NCBI GenBank assembly: GCA_964016885.1 | Contig: OZ024756.1 | Location: 10,106,001-10,170,000 of the forward strand | Reading direction: 5' to 3' | From: Eledone cirrhosa | Lineage: Eukaryota | DNA: 64,000 nt | Part shown: piece after piece, positions 51,098 to 64,000 of the stretch | How positions within the stretch are numbered: position 1 is the first letter of the stretch | How the letters are laid out: every line of letters starts with the position of its first letter | Notes under the pieces: generated by a model | What the model saw: only the letters and a program-made list of their open reading frames with translations | Told to the model about the DNA's origin: nothing | Database searches by the model: none | Program-made: the position numbers and the translations under genes

Positions 51098-53507
51098 CAA
51101 TATAAACAGTCTTATAAATAAATAGATACGACATACCTTTCAATCGACTTGCATTTGGGAAGTTGATTTGGCAGTAAAAATATTATGGACAGTTGTAAAA
51201 AGAAAGAGAGAAAGAAAGAAAGAAAAACGAAGAAAAAGAAGAAATGCATGTGACTAAATAGAGAGATATAGAAAGATAGATAAAGAGAAGAACTTCATGT
51301 AAAGAAACAGAGAGAGATATATAGAGAGAGGAAAAAAGAAAGAGATAGATAGAGATAGATAGAGAAACTAGGTAGTTGAGCATCAGTTGATACATTTATT
51401 TATTTATTTATTTATTTATTTAGCTCTAGTATTAATGTAAAGAAAGATGTATGTAGTTAAGAGAGAAAATAGCCGTTATATAGAGAGAAAAAAGAGAAAA
51501 TGAAAAAGAGAAAATGAAAAATAACCAGACATAAGCGAGGCAGAATTTAAAAAACGCTATGTTTCATCATTTAGAAAATATTAGTTCGTATAAAACAGGC
51601 ATTATAATGTAAATATCAGTATTCATGAATGAGACATGTATCTATAATGTGTGAAAAGTAATGATCTTATGTCTAGTTTTTAAAAATTCATATGTTTATA
51701 TCATAACTATAAACAAACTCCCATTTCACACGAAAACATTCTCATTGTGCTATAAAAATTCAAGTATACATATATGTGTGTATATATACACATATATATA
51801 GAGTCTATATTAATTATAACAATACTATTCTTGTCTTTACTCTACATGATTATCGATCAATCAGAAATAGAGAACAGATTTCAATATATTAATAAAAATA
51901 TCAGAAACAAGAAAATAAATAAACAGAAAACTAAAACATTTAATATTAAAAATAAAAATATTACAAAATATTAAAAAATATTAAAAAATATTAAAAAATA
52001 TTAAAAAATAATAAAAATAAAACATAGTATGCCACGCAAATCGACCACAAAGATCAGCCTTTCAAAGTTAATTGACAATATATTGCCAAGTTCATCATAA
52101 GCATCAGAGTCAAAACAGATAAAACAAAAATTATTTACCAAATCCTGTCTAGCAGAAATCATTCCAAAAGTTTAGGATACCCATTTGGTCTACATATGTT
52201 CTTATGTTTAATATAGAAGTTTATCTAGTGTAAAATTTAATTCGATATATTAGGAGCATCAGCTTTTAGGGTAGTTTAATTATTCATGAAGAATGTTTTA
52301 ATAAAAAGAAGAAATCGAAAGATTTATCGGCTAGTTTCATAAATAATTACAAATCAAATCAAACATACTACATTTTAAATTTAAATTTATATTTAAATGT
52401 TGAGTTTAATCTATGTCTGCAGCAACTGAATAAATTTGTCCGTAGATTAAGGGGATTTTTAGATTTTAGTATAAAGAATATCTCCTCCGCACAGAGGTCA
52501 CATGTCTCAGAGGATGAATTAAAAGGAATCCCTCTTGAAACTATATTCCAAGTCGTCGAATATCTAACGTTATCATGCCTAAGTTGCCAGAGTACGCCTG
52601 ATAGTGCTGTTGAAGATTTTTTGGATGGATCTGTGAAAGAATTCTTGTGGTTGTTATAGCGAAGTTTAAATTCCGTCGATGTGGAACCAACGTAGTTAAA
52701 AGAATTAACGTCCGTTTTAACATTACAGTTGTATATTATATTTTTAACTAAGCAGTTGTTATTTAACGGACATTTAGATCTATCTCTACAGTTACATTTG
52801 TTAACTTGGATATTATTTATGCTATTATCGCTAGGTTTTAAGTTCCTATTATTTATTCTATTAATATTTTGTGCTAAATTTTTGGTGGATGAGTAGGTTA
52901 ATTTTATAGTATGTCTATTGAAAATTGAGTGATACCTATGTGTTCTAGGGAAGCGATTATCAAGAGCTTTAAAAAATAGTTTAGCGATGTGGGTTTTAAT
53001 GTTTAGTGAGAAAGGGGGGGGGGGGGGGCAAACCATATTATATTCCTAGTTCTATTTCTTTTATGGTTTTTGGAATTATTGTAATGTTTTCTATTATAGT
53101 TGTTAAGGTTGTGGCCGTAATTAAAATAGTTGTTATTTTGTTTAATTTGTTTATCATTATCTATGTACATAATTTTATCACTATATCCTGCTCTAGCTAA
53201 CGCTTCATTGTAATAATGGGCTTTTTCGTCGAAAATCTTTTTATTAGATGAGATTCTAGAGATACGTTTTTGAACAGAGTTTACTATAGTATTTTTAACA
53301 GATCTGGGGTGGTTAGAGTTAAAGCTGACATAGTTTAAGTTTTCATTCAACTTGTGAAATGGATAGTGAAGACATGTGTTGAGATTTAATGTTATATCTA
53401 GGAAGTTGACTATTCTATGGTTATTCTCAATTTCTATTTTTAGATTAAAGTGATTAAAAAATTGTGTAATATTGTATTTTGTATTTTGTAGTATTGTGTT
53501 TATATTG

Positions 53508-53573
53508 TATTTTGTCTGAAGAAGGCATAACATATTGTTAATATGATATCCCTGAAATATATATAATGAAATA
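53508..53573 (+). ncRNA. Minimal type I hammerhead ribozyme (inverted terminal repeat)
   Basis: UAUUUUGU-CUGAAGA-long stem II (AGG..CAUAUU GUU AAUAUG..CCU)-GAAA-U AUAU A-UA/AUGAAAUA. Confidence 0.72.
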
Positions 53574-53703
53574 AATATGGTTTTATAAATATAGTTTCCA
53601 TTTATTTAATATCATAAATATACTCCAAATACTTGTTGAGTGCTTTTATATCAGTTATAAATATTTACTCGTTGTTAACCCAACAATTTAAATATAACTT
53701 TCC

Positions 53704-53743
<40 letters not shown>

Positions 53744-53869
53744 CCGTCATTACTGATACAAGATTACAAGATTATGTCAACTGTTGACTTTCAAGAGTTT
53801 GTATAGTTGAAGCCGATCGTATTACAGTCCAGTATTATTATAATTGCTTTACAGCATAGAGTTATGGCT

Positions 53870-54000
53870 CCCCACGCTCTGAGCTCAAATCCCGCCGAGA
53901 TCAACCTTGCCCTTCATCCCCACGGAGTCAACAAAAGAGAGTACCAGTGATGCGCTGGACCAGTCGCTGGATCCGTGCCAAAAGCAGAAAAATTATTATT
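53870..54000 (+). mobile_element. Degenerate SINE family 1
   Basis: CTGAGCTCAAATCCCGCCGAGATCAACCTTGCCCTTCATCC...GTACCAG. Confidence 0.55.
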
Positions 54001-54756
54001 AAAGTTGTTTTCTTAAGGCCCGGTCGCTGGTGATGGTGATGGCGGCGGCGGCGGTGGCGGTGGTGGTGGTGGCAGTTGATGTTGTTGTTGTGTTGTGTGC
54101 GTGTGTGTGTGTGTATTTTGTTATTTTGATTTTTTTTTTTTTTTTTCCTTCCCTTGTCTTTTCTTTTCCCTTCCTTTTTTTATGTTTTGATGCCGCTGTT
54201 GTTGTTGTTGTAAATGTTCATTTCATGTTCATTCTGAAGCTGTTGTTGCTGTAAACATTAGTGCCGCTGTTGTTGTTGTTGTAGATGTTGGGGTTGAAAT
54301 CTGGTCGTTTGACTGAGTGATGTATATACACACATATCCATACACACACACATATATATATATATACACATTCAACAGAGAGTAGAGTTTGACAACAAGT
54401 CGATGACTTTAGTCTAGATAGGGTATGGTATGGTAATGACATGTGATGGTGGGGAGTGAGTGTAGACGTTATTGTGGTGGTGGGGGACAGTGAGATGTAT
54501 CTAGTTCATTTGACCGTTTTCTTCTCTTTGCAAAATTTGAATTTTAGCCATGTTATATTGAGATGTAAGTAAATGTAAAATGTAAGATATAAATAAGGAT
54601 TGCTCTGCTAAAATATACTAAAATATTTGTGTAACTTCCACAAACTTCTGTCGTGACATTCCCGAGTTGTTGTATTTTAATGTTTCAGAATACAAAAATT
54701 AATTAAAAACTTACCCCACGAAAAGAGAGCGTGTGTTGTCCTATCTATAAGCTCCC

Positions 54757-56599
<1,843 letters not shown>

Positions 56600-56600
<1 letters not shown>

Positions 56601-56993
56601 AATGAAGTAATTCCATCGGAAAAGTCCAGGAAAAAAGAGTGCTCTATGTATGCAACAGAGCTTAATTATTATTATTATGTAAGAGCCACTTCCGCTTGCC
56701 TTAACTCAAAGACTGAGATCTTCAGATGCTGTCCTCATCTGAAATCGCATCTGATCTGTAACTGGATTGACACTCCTACGATAAATCAACCGCCTTGAAC
56801 TCCTTCTCTGCTCTTTACGTCTGCTACGGTTTTTATTTTGCTGATTCTACCTTCTGTACTCTTGTATATTTAAAATTTTTTCTCTCTTACCTTCCCTTAT
56901 ATTTTTACCTCCTCTTAGCCCCGCCCCCCATATATTATTTATATTTTGCCCTCCACATACCTATGTGTATGTGTATGTATTTTTGTGTGTATA

Positions 56994-57024
<31 letters not shown>

Positions 57025-57061
57025 GTGTGTATGTGTGTGTGTGTATGTAATTATGGGTGTG

Positions 57062-57136
<75 letters not shown>

Positions 57137-57305
57137 TTGTGTATGTGTATATATATGTATATTTGTGTATGTATATGTTTGTATATGTGGATAAACCAGG
57201 GTTTTTTTCACCTTTTTTTCATTCTGAAGACTGAAGGAAACATTTTTTGCTTTTAAGAAACCTCTGGTGAATGGAATAATTGCCTTATGTTGCTTTATTA
57301 CCTTA
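56600..57305 (+). mobile_element. Penelope-like 3' end with hammerhead remnant
   Basis: [11 protein letters not shown]...[14 protein letters not shown] resembles the PLE GIY-YIG C-terminus; hammerhead-like motif at 57217-57276 (CUGAAGA..GAAA CC UCU GG UG). Confidence 0.55.
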
Positions 57306-57442
57306 CTACTATATATACGTTTATGTAAGGTTCATTTGTCTTTGCTAATACTGAGTTTTACACATACACACATGTACATATGTGTGTGTGTATGTGTATG
57401 CACATGTGTATATGTACGTATGTGTGTATATGTGTGTGTATG

Positions 57443-57493
<51 letters not shown>

Positions 57494-58130
57494 GTATATG
57501 TGTGTGTTTATTATTTTATTATTTTTTTATGTATATATGTGTGTGTGTGGTTGTGTGTGTGTGTGTGTGTGTGTATGTGTGTGTGTATTTGTTTTTGGTT
57601 GTGCGTGTTTTTGATATATACGTATTTGCATGTGTATAATTGTTTAGCTATGTATGTATATGTGTGTTTACGCATATGCGTGTATGTGTGTGTGTGTGTG
57701 TTTATATATTTTGTGTATATATATATATATATGTATATGTATGTATGTGTGTATGTGTTTTTGTGTTTGTTTATGTATATTTATGTGTGAGAGTGTGTGT
57801 ATGTGTTTACTGTTTCGTACGTATGTGTACGTGCTTTTTTGTGTGTATTACTTACTACGCGTGTCTGTCCTGTTAGCTGGGGCATGTATCGCTGTCAAAA
57901 ATTTAAAAATATATATATATATTTTTTCTTATTTTTATTTGCGTGTGCGAATATGTAGAGGAGTGCATTCATGTATGTGTATGTATGTACGCTTTGTATG
58001 TTTGTGTGAATGTATGTATGTGTGTATATATATATGTGTGTGTATGGCTATGTTTGTGTATGGCTATGTTTGTGTATGTGTATGCTTGTATACACACACA
58101 TGTGTATGTGTGTGTATGTGTGTGTGTGTG

Positions 58131-58214
<84 letters not shown>

Positions 58215-58519
58215 TGTATATATGAAAACAAATAACGAAACGAAATTAAATTTCGTTTCGTTTGTAACTCACTTTTGTATGACTGACGCTCAAACAATTA
58301 AGTCAAAGATGTACATCCATATATGTATACTGAAATACTAGTATGTATATGAATACACACACGTATACATATGTAGATGTACCAAGTTTTTTTTCACTGA
58401 TCACTTTACTGTGAGTGGCCAGCTATTCTGTATGTAAACACACAGACAAACCGGTTTTTAGAGTCATACTGGTTTTTGAGGAAACACCTTTCCTCTATTC
58501 TCCAGAAAGCCAGACAAGG

Positions 58520-58564
58520 AATATTGAACTAGTTTCGTTGTTGTTACAACTCATCAGCAATATT
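58520..58564 (-). ncRNA. Minimal type I hammerhead ribozyme (family 1, copy 1)
   Basis: AAUAUUG-CUGAUGA-GUUGU AACA ACAAC-GAAA-C UA G-UU/CAAUAUU. Confidence 0.85.
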
Positions 58565-59008
58565 TACCTATCTTCCGGCCTCTCTAGAGAATCGTAAAAG
58601 CACATATCGCTATATGCTTTATGCTTTATGCTTTTTCTATGAAAATTAGTAGTGGGCAGACCAACTTGCATAGAGTGTGAGTAAGTACCGGTTCAACGGA
58701 GACGATAAAAACAAATAACGAAACGAAATTAAATTTCGTTTCGTTTGTAACTCACTTTTGTATGACTGACGCTCAAACAATTAAATCAAAGATGTACATC
58801 CATATATGTATATATATACTGAAATACTAGTATGTATATGAATACACACACGTATACATATGTAGATGTACCAAGTTTTTTTTCACTGATCACTTTACTG
58901 TGAGTGGCCAGCTATTCTGTATGTAAACACACAGACAAACCGGTTTTTAGAGTCATACTGGTTTTTGAGGAAACACCTTTCCTCTATTCTCCAGAAAGCC
59001 AGACAAGG

Positions 59009-59053
59009 AATATTGAACTAGTTTCGTTGTTGTTACAACTCATCAGCAATATT
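59009..59053 (-). ncRNA. Minimal type I hammerhead ribozyme (family 1, copy 2)
   Basis: Identical to copy 1. Confidence 0.85.
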
Positions 59054-59194
59054 TACCTATGTTTTTATCGTCTCCGTTGAACCGGTACTTACTCACACTC
59101 TATGCAAGTTGGTCTGCCCACTACTAATTTTCATAGAAAAAGCATATAGCGATATGTGCTTTTACGATTCTCTAGAGAGGCCGGAAGATAGGTA

Positions 59195-59239
59195 AATATT
59201 GCTGATGAGTTGTAACAACAACGAAACTAGTTCAATATT
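59195..59239 (+). ncRNA. Minimal type I hammerhead ribozyme (family 1, copy 3)
   Basis: AATATTGCTGATGAGTTGTAACAACAACGAAACTAGTTCAATATT; predicted cleavage after 59232. Confidence 0.85.
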
Positions 59240-59683
59240 CCTTGTCTGGCTTTCTGGAGAATAGAGGAAAGGTGTTTCCTCAAAAACCAGTATGACTCTA
59301 AAAACCGGTTTGTCTGTGTGTTTACATACAGAATAGCTGGCCACTCACAGTAAAGTGATCAGTGAAAAAAAACTTGGTACATCTACATATGTATACGTGT
59401 GTGTATTCATATACATACTAGTATTTCAGTATATATATACATATATGGATGTACATCTTTGATTTAATTGTTTGAGCGTCAGTCATACAAAAGTGAGTTA
59501 CAAACGAAACGAAATTTAATTTCGTTTCGTTATTTGTTTTTATCGTCTCCGTTGAACCGGTACTTACTCACACTCTATGCAAGTTGGTCTGCCCACTACT
59601 AATTTTCATAGAAAAAGCATAAAGCATAAAGCATATAGCGATATGTGCTTTTACGATTCTCTAGAGAGGCCGGAAGATAGGTA

Positions 59684-59728
59684 AATATTGCTGATGAGTT
59701 GTAACAACAACGAAACTAGTTCAATATT
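59684..59728 (+). ncRNA. Minimal type I hammerhead ribozyme (family 1, copy 4)
   Basis: Identical to copy 3, 489 bp downstream. Confidence 0.85.
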
Positions 59729-60127
59729 CCTTGTCTGGCTTTCTGGAGAATAGAGGAAAGGTGTTTCCTCAAAAACCAGTATGACTCTAAAAACCGGTTT
59801 GTCTGTGTGTTTACATACAGAATAGCTGGCCACTCACAGTAAAGTGATCAGTGAAAAAAAACTTGGTACATCTACATATGTATACGTGTGTGTATTCATA
59901 TACATACTAGTATTTCAGTATACATATATGGATGTACATCTTTGACTTAATTGTATGTATATATGTATGTGTGTGTAAGTATGCTTTTGGGTTTTTTTGT
60001 GTGTGTGTTTGCATGCGTCGTTTTATTTTATTTTATTTTTCCTTTCCTTCTCCCTTCTCCAGCCTCACTTTCATATAGATTGTATTTTTTGGTTTGTAAT
60101 CCAAATTCAATAAACAAACCAGCTTTT

Positions 60128-60187
60128 TCCCTTTCTGAGGATTGAAAGCAAAACCTTTTGCTTTTAAGAAACCACTGGTAAATGGAA
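60128..60187 (+). ncRNA. Hammerhead-like motif (same family as 57217-57276)
   Basis: CUGAGGA-UUGAAAGCAAAA CC UUUUGCUUUUAA-GAAA-CC ACU GG-UA/AAUGGAA; stem I is partly mismatched. Confidence 0.55.
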
Positions 60188-60830
60188 TAATTGCCTTATG
60201 TTGTTTATTACATAATAATAAAAATATATATATATATATATATATATTTTTGCCAGCATATACTGAAAGCGAAATTCTCACACTTCAAACCTTCAACCAA
60301 ATCCTAACACTACCTATCTTTCTACCCTAAATAACAATTCTACACCCCTAAAAATAGACTATATATGAAATTTAATACTTTCTTCCTTCATCTGTTCTCT
60401 GGTAAGACTTTCGCCTGTCCACTTCCAAATGCCTCTTAAAATTCTATCTTCCTTCTCTCTCCCTCTACTCATCACAACTTTTAGCACACAACCCTCCTCC
60501 CCCTCCCTATACAAACCCTCTCACACCACCCTATCTCTTTCTCTTTCTCTCCCTACCTCCATCCCTATTCTCTCTCTCTCCCTCTCTTTTTCCCCTCTCT
60601 CTCTCTGTTCCTCTATCTTACACTACTACTCTTTATTTCATTTCCTAAGGTCATTCCAACTTTGTATTTTGAAAATTCAGATGCTACAGTATCTTTCTTG
60701 ATTGCCTATTATAACATAGTGTAGCAATAATGGACTGAAATTCTGATGAAACAATTGTTAATACGTGGATTAAATTCTTTTGTAACTGTTTACCTTCGTC
60801 CTATTTCTCTTCTTTGATATATATATATAT

Positions 60831-61320
60831 AAACAATTAAGTTAAAAATGTACATCCACATATGTATACTGAAATACTAGTATGCATATGAATACACACA
60901 CGTATACATATGTAGATGTACCAAGTTTTTCACTGGTCACTTTACTGTGAGTGTCCAGCTATTCTGTATGTAAACACACAGACAAACCGGTTTTTAGAGT
61001 CATACTGGTTTTTGAGGAAACACCTTTCCTCTATTCTCCAGAAAGCCAGACAAGGAATATTGAACTAGTTTCGTTGTTGTTACAACTCATCAGCAATATT
61101 TACCTATCTTCCGGCCTTTCTGGAGTATCGTAAAAGCACATATCGTTATATGCTTTTTCTATGAAAATTAGTAGTGGGCAGACTAATTTGCATAGAGTGT
61201 GAGTACGTACCGGTTCAACGGAGACGATAAAAACAAATAACGAAACGATATAACGAAACGATATAACGAAATAACGAAACGATATAACGAAATAACGAAA
61301 TATACATTTTCGTTATTTCG
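60831..61320 (-). mobile_element. Retrozyme-like family 1, slightly diverged monomer
   Basis: Colinear with 58292-58730; intact hammerhead at 61056-61100; perfect octamer ATTTGCAT at 61186-61193. Confidence 0.75.
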
Positions 61321-62232
61321 TGGGCTGAAATGCGATTCTCGATAATTTATGTTTGTATTAATCTCCAGACTCTAGCTATTGACCAGTTAATTTTCTTGAT
61401 ATTTTAGTTGCTTCTATTGACTGATGAATAGCTTATGTTAATTTTAACCCTTCTGTTGAGAACTCTATTCGATTTGTGATGTTTTTGCATTCTTGCAATA
61501 ATATACACAACTGAATTCATTCGCCTGATATAGAGGTTGCCTCCCTTGCCGATCCCCACGTGGGGTCAGCAATAGTCAGTCCGTGTATTAATATTGAACT
61601 AAAACCTGTTGAGAAAGTGGCTTCCTTGTTCAATCATCTTACCAGAAGCCTAACATTATTTATGTAAGCGGGCAGTAATTGATTTAGGAGACGCAGAAAC
61701 CCAAATGCTGGATTTTGCAAACCTTCCAGGGGTCCGGGTAAATTTTCAATCACAGATATTTTTCATTTGTTTGACCCGAATTACTTGATCGTTTTTTTTG
61801 GCTTTGCGGATGATTGTTTAACCATCGTCTCAGTGTGTTTGGCCTTTAACCATTCTACAGACAGTCCTATGCGAGCAAGACAACCACTCTTGCCTCAAGT
61901 GGGAAAACATGGACGTTAAACGATGATGATGATATATACATATATATACATATCTATATATATACATATCTATATCTATACATATATATATACATATCTA
62001 TATCTATACATATATATATACATATCTATATCTATACATATATATACATATATATATATCTATACATGCATATATATACATATATACATATCTATATATA
62101 CACATATCTATATATATAATATATATATATATATACATATATATACATACATATATATATACATATATATATACATATCTATATATATACATATATACAT
62201 ATATATACATATATACATATATATATATATAC

Positions 62233-62263
<31 letters not shown>

Positions 62264-62643
62264 CATATATATATACATATATATATATACACATATCTAT
62301 ATATATATACATATATATACATATCTATATACATATATATACATATCTATATATATACATGTCTATACATATCTATATATATACATATCTATATATATAC
62401 ATATATATATATATACATATATATACATATACATATATATACATATACATATATATACATATACATATATATACATATCTATATATATACATATATATAC
62501 ATATACATATATATACATATCTATATATATATACATATATATACATATCTATATATATACATATATATATATATATATACATACACATATACATATATAA
62601 ATATATATACATATATATATATATATATACAAATATATATATA

Positions 62644-64000
62644 CATCATCATCATCATCATCATCAACGTTTAACGTCCGTGTTCCACGCTTGCATGGGT
62701 TTGGACGGGGGTAGTCCCACTTGAGGCAAGAGTGATTGTCTTGCTCGCATAGGACTGTCTGGCAGGTTTTCTACAGTTGGATGCCCTTCCTAACACCAAC
62801 CACATTTACAGTGTGGGTCTGGGAGGTTTTTACCGTGTTGCCTACACGGCCACATTACAGCGTGGACTGTGTGTTTTTTTGTCGTGACACCTACACGATC
62901 TCATTTGTTTCGGCCTCGATGGCGCGGCACCAACATAACTTTACATAGAACGGGGTGGTGTGGATGGGGTGGGGGTGGGGGTGGTGGGACGGGGTGTATT
63001 TTGTTAGAGATGCCTACTGGCTGGAGTAGGTTTTACTATATATTTAGGTAAGGCGGGTCTTCTCTGTTACTGAGTACCGCCAAAGGTCTCGGTCCAGTGA
63101 CATTGTCTTGGAGAGGTGTAAGTGTGTGATGTCGGAGTTTATCAGCTCGTCCCAGGTTTTTCTAGGTCTGCCTATTCCGTGACTACCGTCTATCTTTATT
63201 GCCCTGCACTTTGTTATACAGCTATCGACTTTCATGCGCATCACGTGTCCATACCAACGTAGCCTTCTCTCGAGTAAACAACATCTGATCCCTCTTATCT
63301 CTAATTTTTTCCTTAGTTCGTTTATGCTTTGCCGTTCACGTATATTACTGTTACACATCCAGCGGAGCATGCAAGCTTCGTTCCTCTCTAGTCTGCGTAT
63401 ATCCTCTGCACACAATGCCCAGGTCTCACTGCCATGCAGCATTGCTGTTCGTATGCAGGCATCGTACAACCTGCCTTTCATTTTTAGTGAGAACCCTTTA
63501 GCAGCTAATAGTGGTATAAGCTCTCTGAACTTTTTCCAACCAGTTCTGACTCTAGCTACAGTACTTTCAGAGCACCCTCCCCCACTGCTGATTTTATCGC
63601 CCAGGTAACGGAAGCTGTCCACTATTTCTATAGAACCCTCTGCGCAATTGAAAGAGCTAGTAGTTTGTGGGCACTTGCTGCTACTTATTGCACCAGAGCA
63701 CCGGCCACATGTAAAATCTATGTTCTTAGTTAGCTTACCTGTGATCCCACTACATCTTTTATGCACCCATACTTTGCATTTAGGACATAAAATGGAGTTT
63801 CTACCTACGCCTTTCCTACACACCGAGCATGACCATTTCCCAGAAGGGACCGCCGCCTTGTTTTCTTTCCTACAAACTAGTACTTTGGTCTTAGCCAGGT
63901 TAATTTTAAGTCCTTTTGACTCTAGGCCGTGCTTCCATGTTTGGAATTTCTTCTCTAGCTCGGCCATTGATTCCGCTATGAGTGTCAGGTCGTCTGCGTA
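62644..64000 (-). mobile_element. Young RTE LINE (subfamily B), 3' part; continues beyond the window
   Basis: Uninterrupted 307-aa ORF 63044-63967 (preceded by YADD; CSVC..CPKC..HKRC..CGRC finger, FRYLG, LRWYGHV), 3' UTR and (CAT)n tail. Confidence 0.93.

Larger units (their letters stand above)
50990..53705 (-). mobile_element. Penelope-like element cluster: RT thumb + GIY-YIG on minus strand between inverted hammerhead-bearing terminal repeats
   Basis: ORF 53003-53533 (VNFLDITLNL..YVSFNSNHP) and ORF 52368-53036 (CNCRDRSKCPLNNNCLVKNIIY..YVGSTSTEFKLRYNNHK..CDLCAEE..CCRH). 50990-51107 is the reverse complement of 53497-53614. Additional + strand PLE remnants at ~51530-51760 and ~52029-52330. 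Confidence 0.85.
58225..59954. mobile_element. Retrozyme-like family 1: tandem ~489-bp hammerhead repeats arranged as a 767-bp-arm palindrome
   Basis: Units repeat at 58520/59009 (-) and 59195/59684 (+); arms 58294-59060 and 59188-59954 are reverse complements; no credible ORF. Confidence 0.75.

Noticed and set aside
58415-58597. Repeated 60-aa ORF MASYSVCKH...
   Set aside because: GTG start, antisense to the hammerhead, no recognisable domain; it recurs only because the unit is repeated.
61415-61475. CTGATGA hammerhead candidate (also CTGATGAAAC at ~60743 and CTGAGA..GAAA at ~56712)
   Set aside because: No correctly placed stem II + GAAA + stem I pairing.

Overview
Eukaryotic, AT-rich, repeat-saturated animal DNA. 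The SINE, RTE and Penelope repertoire and the huge (TA)n tracts point to a cephalopod, probably an octopus (inference). The only host coding sequence I can support is the last four phase-compatible coding exons of one + strand gene (435-610, 11065-11185, 17262-17627, 19922-20070; about 270 aa of low-complexity C-terminus), whose introns are inflated by very homogeneous minisatellites. The rest is mobile or repetitive DNA: several RTE LINEs, a near-full-length CR1-type LINE with an unusual Myb/SANT + polyQ + 2xCCCH ORF1, L2/CR1 and L1/Tx1 fragments, Penelope-like (GIY-YIG) relics, two tRNA-derived SINE families, and piggyBac, hAT and Tc1-like MITEs. The most striking signal is non-coding. At least 10 intact-looking and several decayed minimal type I hammerhead ribozymes are present. 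Five of them lie in a tandem/inverted ~490-bp non-coding repeat that also carries an octamer (ATTTGCAT) motif, i.e. a retrozyme-like / newt satellite-2-like family. In a sister family, one inversion junction falls at the predicted ribozyme cleavage site. Most ORFs in the supplied track are microsatellite or antisense artefacts. All analysis was by eye; no searches were run.
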